Positions 26,746 through 37,300 of a stretch of DNA of 46,880 nucleotides are shown piece by piece. Under the pieces are notes generated by a model, which did no database searches, was not told the DNA's origin, and saw only the letters and a program-made list of their open reading frames with translations. Position numbers and translations under genes: made by a program. Source of the stretch: Phoronis australis (Eukaryota; Animalia; Phoronida); contig NMRA01000609.1 of NCBI GenBank assembly GCA_002633005.1, positions 1 through 46,880 on the forward strand, read 5' to 3'. Positions within the stretch are counted from its first letter, which is position 1. Each line of letters opens with the position of its first letter.

Positions 26746-27889
26746 CCACCGAAAATAGGAAGCAAGACCCCCAAAGAGGTTGCCAAAACGAAAATGTAGT
26801 TTTCAGTCCCAAACCACCACTTCCCTACCTTTGCTTGACACGAGATTAAACTAGATTTTTTTTAAATTAAACTTACTACAGATTCGACAAATGTGGTCCA
26901 ATTGTGCTGAAATCCAATCGTAATTTTGGCAATTATTTGGTTGTTCGAGGGTTACATGTACATGAAATCGCACCAGGTTCCTTCGTCGCTGAGCTGCAAT
27001 GCAACAATGCTACGGGGGGGGTGCCATTTTGAAGAAAATTATATCTACAACTGAACTAGTGTATCAATCTACCCACAGAATTCTATTTTCGTTTCGCATG
27101 GATAATGAAAATCGCGGCAACTTTTCTGCGTTTCATGTTGACGGACAACCAGGCTTTTTTGATTGTGAGAGTTCAGTTCAAATCCATTTAAGGGATAATC
27201 GCACTGACCTGAGCCAATATTATTTGACATTTTACTGCATTAAGTATTTTAGATTGCATGCAAGTTTAAGAGGCAAAATATGAAAGATTGTTTCTGTGTC
27301 AACTTCTTTCCCTACATGTATTGCAAGTTAATATAGCAAATATCACGGTTAGCAAGAAGCAAGGTTTACGGTGTAGTATTAATTCCGTCTTTTTTGAGAT
27401 TTCTCTCGGTGTGATACACCAATTTTACCTTAGGTTGCGAAATAGGCGTTTGGTAATGACACTCTATGGATCTTTACATGACGTTTCAGAGAACTGAGAC
27501 GAAATGCAGAAGACTTACAGTACTCCTGAAAGCTTGTCACGGTAATAATGTTTCCGATCCGTAAAACATTGCCATTTCGGCCGCCATTACGCAATCCATT
27601 CAAAATATCCTCTTAGTATTAGTATTAATCTCATCTACATAAACCAACATGTACACGTAAATAGAAATTTACAACGTCGTTCTTCTAATTTTCAAAACCT
27701 TATACATGTACCTAACCGGCGCCTGACGGTCACACTCTGCACGCTCTTGGGGTGGAAAGTGCATGGCGTCCATTTAATTCAAAAGTATAGGCTCGCTTTT
27801 CCTTATAACATGGGCGGCGCAACATAGGTGGCTGGGGGCTATAGCTCCTACTTTTTCAGTGCTGCGCCACCCAAGGTCTACGGGCGGTG

Positions 27890-30800
27890 CAACTTAAAAC
27901 TCAAGTTTTTTCAAGTATAAAACTGAAGTTTTCACAAATAAGCTTTAGTTTTAAGTAATAACTTAAGTTTTCATAAAAACTTAAGTTTTTCGTACTATCA
28001 AAACTCAGGTTTTTCTGATAACTTAAGTGTATCACATAACTTAAGTTTTTCGAATTTAAAATACTTAAGTTTTTATGATAGCTTAAGTTGATAAAAAATA
28101 ATTTCTTTGAATTTTAAAAACTTAAATTTCTTAAGTTTTTCAGAAAACTGAAGTTTTTCATGTATGGAAAACTTAAATTTTCTGAAAACTCTGACATCTG
28201 TATGTGATCCAAATTTACGTTTTCAAGTTTTGAAAAATTGAATATTGTGAAATTTTATTTTTTGTTCGAAGTTTTCCCAATTTTTCCAGAAAAATATTTC
28301 TTGTTTGTTTATGCAAAACCCATTATTTTATTAAAATGTTGGCCTGAATGTTTCCTTTAAGATTTATATAGATACAAACCGTAAAACGACGAACGTTTAA
28401 TCAGTTCACAGAACTAACTGCAGGTCTTCGTAAATTTAAATGTAGACGAACATCCGGTGACAAATAGCAGTATAAATGCATTGCAATGTCCAACCCATGA
28501 GACACTTACCTGATCAGTACAATGTCATCAACATAGTTTACACAATTTTTAACAAAACGTAGTTTTCGTGCAAGTTTCCTTTGTGTTGAGTTGTATTCGT
28601 AAGGCAGTGTCCATCGGAAGTCAACTGTTTGAATTTTATAACCGATCCGGTCAGCTTCGAAGAAAAGGATGTTTATCGGCTAGCCCACGACAATAAAGTT
28701 TATATAACAACTTGCAGAGCCTAGAAGAAGACATTTCAGGAGTTGTGGAAGTCAGGTTAGTGACAGAGAGCGGTCTAAAATCGATTGGCCACAATCGGTG
28801 CTGCGATTGATAGTCAAGTTCAGTTGTTAATTGACCTATCGCAAGCTCCGCACCCTTGAGTAATGACGACAAACAAACAAGTTTTACCCGGCAACGTGTT
28901 GTTTGTCGGGTAAAATGGCGGCTTGGAAACAAAGGTGTGTCAAGAATGATGCGTTCTGATTAGTCAGTTAAGCCGTCAATCAAAGTCCTGGCGAAAGGCC
29001 AATTGTCAGCCGCTCAAGCTGTCACATACCAACATGGACTGTAATCTGTAGGTGGATTATCTAATCTTATTATTCTAACTCGTAACATACTGCCTGAGGT
29101 CCATGAGAACGCTAGTACTCTATTATATTTCTGAGGTCTTCTGAAGTTGTGTCAGTGAGCATCAATGCAAGGGTTGGGGGCTCCTAAGGCAAAATGTAAC
29201 CATTTCGCAAGTTAGGTGTATTGGCATTGATTGTGTGTGCTTAGGTCTCTGCGTTCGTAGTAATTCTTGGTAGCTCCTGTTTTTGAAATCGCATTTCATT
29301 ACAGGTCAACAATTTGCAAGTATCACTTGCCTGGTTCTCAGAATTAGGAATCACCAATGTAACTATTTTATTGATCTGGATAACTTTTTTGTCATTTAGT
29401 TTTGATTGCCTAATTTGACCGATTGCTTAGGCTTGTAGGGATGATCTAGATTAATGAATACGAAAGGGCATCCACTACTAGTACCCAAATTGGCGTACCC
29501 CCGGAATAGGTCACAATGTACTCAAGTGAACTCTCACCAGTCAACACGTTAGCTATTGTTATGCATAGTAAAACTTATATAACTCCTATCTAATTGAACC
29601 AATTATTCAACGCAAATAAATAAAATCTGCCTGATGTGACTGAGAGGCTGGGTACATGATTTTGAATTTTTACCAGGCTGCTGTGGAATACTTAAATGTC
29701 CTAGAAGTTTGCGATATTCAGACAGAAAATTTTCATATGCAATACAAGTTCAACTGGTTTTATTACAATCAAATCTTTCAGCGACATGGTGAAGGTGTTA
29801 GTTTATCTGGGTGCAACTTGATCAAGGCGCGAGTTGAGTTGAAGATGGACTGACTAATATTCTCCCCATGATCAGGAAGGACGTATTCTTTTCCCACAAA
29901 AAACATGCTTGGAACCTCAATTTAATATCTTTGCAAATGTCAGCCAGTAAAGTGATTGGTATCAGTACAGGTTATAGTAATTTTTATTTTTACTGTACAA
30001 GAGATAAAAATGTTATTTTTATTGTAAACAATGATGGTTACGTAAGACGTACCCCTCGTGAAGACCATGCCAGTATCTTCAAGAGCGGATTCAGAAAAGT
30101 GCCAAGGGGGCCATGGCCCCGGCCTCCCTAAAATTCTGCCAGATACCATTTGGCAGTTGAAAGGGTGTGAATGTGTGACGGGCAAAGTCCTGGTTACTCA
30201 AAATCCTGGATCTGCCTCTGATCTTTACATGGATAACAGTCTCTGTAAATGGGTTATGTCTGGATTCTTAAGAAGGTTGTACATACTGTTATGTTTGCTA
30301 ATATCTCCTTATTGTTTCAGGTCTCCATTAACTTGGCGGAGTACTTGGAAGAAACAGATATGCAAACATACGCATCTAAACAATCACCACAGTGGTGGTA
30401 TTGGGCTGTCTACAACCACATGGCAGGTAGAGCTTCATGTGTTTCATTGTTTAGTTTATATCAGTGCTGCTTTAAGGTTTGAATTTGAAACAAAATGAAA
30501 AATAGTTTGCTCTAGATTGTGATACCATGGTAGGTTACCATCTGCATATTTTGTACTCAATTTGTGTAGTATAAATTTGTTTTGAATGTCGTAAGTCCAG
30601 GCTTAAAACTTTATTCAAAACAACTAGAAAACTGACCGACTGCAGTGCATGCTTAAAGTAAACTTGAACTTTTGTACTTGAATCCTGGAGAGTGATTGGT
30701 TAAGTTTTGAGTTTGAAGACTATTTTCTAGGCTTTGTATATAAGTCAGTAAGTGCATGCGACTTTTGCAATTCAGTGCTATATCAACAGCAGGATAAATA

Positions 30801-31040
30801 TCCAGCGAGTTAACTTGTCTTATACTGATAGCTTTTACCCGTCTGTTATTAAATGTTGCTGTATTTATTGCAGAGTGTTTCTTTAATAATCGTTGGATAA
30901 GGAAGACTACCCAGACAACACAACGTACGCACTTATAAACTGCAGCTCATGAATCCACGAATTCAGTTAACTGGTCTCAGAAACGTAAGTGTTTGCCAAA
31001 AACTTAAGTTTTCGTGAAGGAAAACTTAAGTTAATTTTTG
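27890..31040. mobile_element. Degraded large DNA transposon with AAAACTTAAGTTTT subterminal palindromic repeats (EnSpm/CACTA-like?)
   Basis: A dense array of AACTTAAGTT variants at 27890-28190 and two more at 30998-31040. The interior has exon-like pieces (e.g. 30321-30426 +) that do not form an intact ORF. True termini were not identified. Confidence 0.35.
30864..30869 (-). promoter_or_regulatory. Candidate polyadenylation signal AATAAA for the chlorophyllase-like gene
   Basis: First minus-strand AATAAA noticed about 270 nt past the stop codon; another occurs near 30610. Confidence 0.35.
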
Positions 31041-31134
31041 TAAGGGCATGTATAATAACGAATATCCACACCAGCAAGGCGTAAGTAACCCAGTGTGCCA
31101 CAATTCATGCTGGTTACAGTAGACGCTACCACGC

Positions 31135-31325
31135 TCATTTCAACTGGTATTCCAGCTTCATGTACGTAGCTGGAACACGTGTTCTGTCGAGGATATACTC
31201 CAGAGTAGCGTTCCTGCCTAAGGCGGTGGATACAAGAAAAGCAGAGGTTAAGCCTGAGATGTACTCTTTGTATTCTTCAAGGTTTGGATGGTCTTTTGTC
31301 ATGCACACTTTGGTCAGATGGCAGG
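31135..31325 (-). CDS. Chlorophyllase-like gene last coding exon (ACHLTKVC...ISGLTSAFL...YQLK*)
   Basis: Strong polypyrimidine acceptor TTTTTTGTTCTTTCAG|, phase 1 matches exon 6. The C..C and GLTSAFL helix motifs are chlorophyllase-like, and the exon ends in TGA. Confidence 0.88.
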
Positions 31326-34300
31326 CTGAAAGAACAAAAAAATGCAAAAAGAAGTAATTTCTGGGGTTCTTTCAAATTAAAAAGTTACTTCTGACAAGAA
31401 CACAGTTTTACGTAGAAAGTAGCTGGATATCAGAGGGGAGTAGCAAACTGGAGAGTGATGATGACCACGACAGACTGACGGCCTGACAAAAAGTAACAAC
31501 AATCATGATAATAACCTATGCGATATTTCAGACTGGCAAACACACGGAAAGTACACTAACTAAGGATAAATATAAATCGATCCAGCTAAAACAATTCAAT
31601 GCAGCAGCAATGACGCAATCCGCCAAAAACATTCTCGTTAAACATAACTCAAAATGTTCGTGATAGAATCTCAAGCGTTACAGGTACAAAACTTGACCCG
31701 CTTTTATCAACGATTTCAACAGTTTATTACCCACTCGGGCCTGTAGGGGCAAGAAACACGTTAATTAAGTCTGGTCTGGCAATCGAACTTAAAGTGTACA
31801 CAACATGACTCTATAGTACCTCAAAATAAATTTTATTATTATATCTTACTTGAATTCAGTGCCTTTAGTGAACAGCTCATAAAGAAACACGCAAACATTG
31901 AAAAAAATAATAATTATGTACAACGTCATGGGTTGAACCCAAGTCGTTTGCCATTCTGTTCGGATCAGAGACAATGTGTATAGAGTGAAGTGAAAGCAAA
32001 GCACATTTAGCGTCGAGAAGGTTCGTAGAGGGATCAAAAGATGTGTTGCCGGAGGCTGCAGCAACTGCAGCCAGGCGGGGAACGTCTCGGTGTTCCGAAG
32101 GACATCAAAGTTGAGTAGAAGTGGCATCTCTTCGTGCGCTGAACAAGAGTGTGGGACGTCATCGTGGACCAAGCGATTCTGTCCGGGGCCACTCGCCCAC
32201 TTTGAGGACTCGTGTTTCGACTCCAGTCACAGGAGATGTTACGATGAAGGCCTGGTTCAATAAAGGACAAGATTTATCATTCAGAAACATCGGCTCTTAA
32301 TTCAGGATCGTCTGTTGGATGACTGGGTTGACTCGCCGAGCCGAGGCCGCTTCTCTCGCGGGAGGATCCAGTTCGTAAGGCTCAAAGTAGAAAAGTACGC
32401 AGCCGGAAGCACATCAAACTTGTTCTCGCTTTCGTGCAACCCCATTTCCTCACCGTGGCCACCATTCCCGTACGTTTCTTCACAGTATCCATTCGATTCT
32501 TGCTCATAATCGTCGTCACTTTCAAATTCACTGCTCTCCGCCATTGTTCAATGTTAGTCACTAATCTCTTGTGTTCAACCCGTGACGTCACATGTCGGGA
32601 AATGTGAAAATTGGCAAAATTGAAAGAAAAGTCAAAATTTCGAGCTAATTACACAAAATAAACATGGGTTTAGCTAAATTTTACGTCATACATTTAGTCA
32701 GTGGCCACCGGTAATTCAAAACGTGCAAAAATTCCATGGTGTGTACTGTTTAACACCACCAGGTAATGTGTATAGGCGTGAACTCGCATGTTACAGGCCA
32801 AATAAAGGTTTGCGGTTTTCTCAGGAATTTCCACGGACCCGAAAACGAGGGGTGTTTTTTCGGGTCGCTCTATCGCGACCAAAACGCCATATGATTTCAG
32901 GCTTCCTTTCTCACATTGAAGGTGACTCCTGAGGTTGGGAACAGGCAGTTCTGTGTTGTTTGAGATCAGGCTTTAGACTTGGGCTTGTCACGTTGGATTC
33001 GTGTGGTGAACATGGTTTTAAGCTATGCTAAACTCTCCGTTCTTCTCATCCCAATAAGGAAAATTTATAATGATTCGTTAAAACCCAGTCCCAGATTTAA
33101 CTTACGTGTCGTACATTTGCTTTGGCGCGGTTCAGAGGGAAGCTTGGAAAATTTAAACTTCGCTCAGACGATAATTCAGAATTTTTTCCTTTTAACTCAC
33201 AAGCATACATGTAATTGAGTCAACGTTAGAAGCAGACGTGAACTTTTAACCAGTTCTTTGAAATATAATTGCCATGACAATCAACTGTTCCAATAGGTAA
33301 AATGCCATTGCACCTGCATTTAACCCCAATGACTTCTTTCTCATTTCCACGACTGAGCAAAAATGCGCGTACAAAAATTGACACTAATTTTATTTTGATA
33401 ATTTGCAACATCCATAAGTTGCTGTTATGGTCATACTATAACATCATCCAGTATAAGTAAATTCTGAAGTTTTGCCGTATTGCGGCTTTCATATTTGTGA
33501 CCTAATTCTCCGAACAAAAAGTGGTCAAATCACATCCCCAGAATCACAGTTCAGTATTCATGTGGGAACATTATAATCCAGCGCGCGGTGAAGCGCCACG
33601 TGACTTCTTTTTGCGTGCCACGCCACCTGTTAGCGGTAAAGCCTCAATAGGTCGAATGAGTACCTTTTGCAATGCAGGATGCATGCATTGTTTACATTAT
33701 CCGTTCTAACTGATACGATACAGTCCACCTAATTAGATATTTGCCACAGTAATAACTCCATGACCAGGGAAGTAAGAGGGGGTATTCTCAGTCGTAAATT
33801 AGCATGGTATAGATGAACTACGTGTAGCTCTTTTGAATTTTAAAGGAGTTAAACATAAATTAATACATGTACTTCAAACGTTGGTAAAGATGTGAATTGT
33901 TAATTTGCATTCTAAAGTGGGGTTCAGTGAACCTTACGCATTTCTGTATGGTAAAGTAGTCGTCGGCTAATTACCTTCCCAGCCTACGTCATCGAGTATA
34001 TCACAGTGTCCCCAGTTCTTCACTTGAAGTAAGATCTTTAGAGGGCGCCAGTTGTCGTAGAAGTGCTGGAAGTCCACTCCTTTTACGGAGCAGGGCGGAA
34101 AGAGCGGAAAATGTTGTTGCATTAGTTCGGTACCGTACATGAGTGACGGTATCGTGAAGGGTACGGTGCCATGAAGGTTAAAGCTGAACGGTTCCAAGAA
34201 AACTGACGACTGAAAAGTAGAGGGTGACCATTACAGACGCTTGACATGCGCATACGTTACAAAGTAAGCAAATTTTTGTCACAGTAAGCCTAGGTTTGAT

Positions 34301-37300
34301 CACGCATTGTGAAGCTCGGACAGGGAAGTGCTGACCCGAAGTGGTGGGGGGACTTTCAGATGAGAAGGACGGACCCAACTGCGAAGGACGGAGGACAAGG
34401 ACGGGTGTCTACTCTTATTCGGCACAGTCGCTGTGGTATAGGTAACGATTTTCTCTTGCAATGACGAGCTTTCGAAAGGGGTTTCTTGTTGTTCACTTCT
34501 GAGATGAATTGGAAACGTGAAGGTCCCGTTTTTCAACTTTTGTGGTCGTGTTTGGAGATGTTCCGAAGGAATGTTTAATAAAATCAATATGTACTTTCAG
34601 TTCAGCTCCGTAACTTTCCTGGAAAGTAACCATTTCAAAAAACTGGGCATTGCAAGGTAAAAATCGCATTCTTAACCACTGGACGTTATAAAATTGATTC
34701 TAACTTAAAAGTGAATGTATATCCTGAGTCTGGGGACATCAGGCGCCTGGTTCTCACAGCGACTGCATTGGCTTTTGTCTTTTAACTTTAGCCAAAAGTC
34801 AGAAATCTGTCTACGAATGACCAAATGTTTAATTTTTGTCTTTTAGGTTTCTCGAAACGTTTTGCCTTCTGTCAGTTAAAGCAAACAGAACTACAGATTT
34901 TTGTCTTTTGACTTCCTAGACAAATTTTCCGACTTTCAGTCTTAGCCTGATTTTCTTAAAACGGGAAAAATGGTCCGTACAATAAGATTTAGCCGGAAAT
35001 CAAATGACAAAAGCCTTTCCGAAAATTGCCCCTAGTTGGCTTGAAAGGGCTTGTCATTATTTAATGAGATGGAGTCAAGCAGCTGCGAAATTAGTCTCGT
35101 TCCGTCCTCCAGCGCGGAGTTGGATTCGCGCAAGATGAAACCAGAGCCAAGTTCCTGACTGCACTGACTTCCTTATATAGTAAGTAACGTGAATTCACTA
35201 ACTTGATAGAGGTTGCATCAGTGCTGCGCATTTACAACCATCTATCAGCGATGAATACAGTACGCGGACAGTGACCGAAATACAATTATTCAATAATGAG
35301 GGGATCAATCTCAGTGCTTGTGGACAGGGTCATGTAAGTAAATGTATGTAGTAGTCTTGTGAGAACAGTCAGCTCCTCCCAGTATGAAGGGACTTTTATG
35401 ACAGAAACTTTAAGACGAAAATCCATCTCGCTTACTTACATTGAACAACGTGAAATTCGTTTGCAGCATCCGTAATGTGACGTCAGCTCCAGAAGAGTGG
35501 CTCCCTAGTGACGTTGCATTCCATACTATGTTTATCCCCTTGCTTCTTTTGTTAATCAGGTTTTGCAAATTGAATTTCATCTGCAAAGCCAATTGCAATC
35601 TTGAAAACTTGTATTTATGTAAAACGTTTTTTCTGCCTACCGTACTGTGCGCATGCGTGTAATTAAGCCCATGTCCCTATATTCGAAAGTTGATCCATTT
35701 TTTTCAAATAAAAGTTTTGCTCATGGGTTTCATAAACAGCCCTATGTAGTTAAATTTTGTCATAGCTATCCGCTATATATGCACATGCCTCCAACTGGGT
35801 GTTTTCTGAGCGACGTTTGTCCATTGTTGGTGCTTGCCGTTGAAAATTTTTTTAAACTCCAATACACTGCAGGTGCATATCATTCGCAAATTATTCAAAA
35901 TGTGTATCTGGTTTTTGAAAAGAGTTGCAGAAGGTCTGGTACCCCTTGTACCGCTAAGGTGGGTCCATTGCATTGTTCATCTGGAACCACGTTCGATACT
36001 TTATTGGTATATAGTTAAACCCGCGCTGCGGAGCTTGAGACCTGTCTCAATGGTTTAGCACTTTGCCTCAGTGGGACTCGAACTCACGACCTTGAGTGAT
36101 GAAAGTGGAAAAATATACCACTAGACCACACTGCCTCCTCCTGTACATGCCTCCCGTTCAGTAACGCTAGGACCTCGCTAAAAAGCTAGAGATTACGTGA
36201 GATATTGCCGTGCATTTTAAATAAGAACACGTGACTTTGACTAGGTTTTAGCTAGGTCCTAGCGTAGTTCCTAGCGTCTACCGAACGCACGCCTGGTTTT
36301 AGTCACGGTCTCTTCGCATGCGCCTGATTCCAGATGTAGAGCAGTTTCTGGTGTGCACGCCGGGCCTAACTGCGCGCATATATGACATCCATTAGAAATG
36401 TTCTCCACATGTCATGACTAATGATCGTGCACGGGTTCATAACAAATAATACAAGTTACAGGGTTTCCTTTCAAAAATTACACATATTTCAATTACATTT
36501 CATTTCAAATTTTCCCCAAGTACGTGTAATAAAACATAAATCAGCAAGACCTTAGCGCCATCTTTTGCCCAACTGATACCACAGGAACTGACGGGCTACT
36601 CACCCATTGATATTGTTCGAGATACTTTTCACTTTGTGTTTTAGACAGGTCAGCAGTATCTGATGATTTCGGTAGACCCCTTGGGTTGGATAAGGCTGGC
36701 CACACAAGGTCAGATGAGATGACGACGAAGCTGTAATGTGTTTGGGTACATTTTTGAAAACGCGCATGACAACATGTACGCTGGATTCACAGCGCTAGTT
36801 CTACGATTTTAGAAATAACGCTAATTGCTCGGGGTTGAACGACGAAAAAATCAAAATTAAACTTCGACACAAATGTAAGTTCTTACTGATCCCGCCAAAC
36901 AGGAAGAGACGTCGCGCGTGTTCTTGCGATGGCATCAAACGTACATGTAGGCTAACCAGAACAAGCTTTTAGCAATGTAGGTATAAAAAATACCCAAACA
37001 AAGCGACATTGCAAAGCCTGGTTTGGTGATCTCATACACTGAGATACTTGCCATACGTAAAGTGAGCATTCCAAGATGACATTAGGACGCTTGCCGATTT
37101 GATTCACTTCAGACTTGCGGCTTACTCGATCAGTCCGGCTGCACCTACATGTAACTCGACGATCAGTGGACGATTTAATTTCACCATGAATTGATATTAC
37201 CGTGATGTGTGACATTAAAAGCTAATGACAGTATAGTTACCCTCGAGAAGCTACCAGGCTGAGGTAATCCGTGTAAATCTCGCCTTCCACGAAGCCATTA

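Noticed and set aside
28510-28545. Minus-strand YVDDIVLI resembling an RT YxDD motif
   Set aside because: No other RT motifs in the flanking frame; likely chance within a degraded DNA transposon.
31455-31486. C/D-box-like GTGATGA...CTGA
   Set aside because: Too short, no terminal stem, and antisense to the host intron.
36060-36141. tRNA gene
   Set aside because: A and B boxes are present, but the acceptor and anticodon stems do not pair properly; treated as a SINE head.
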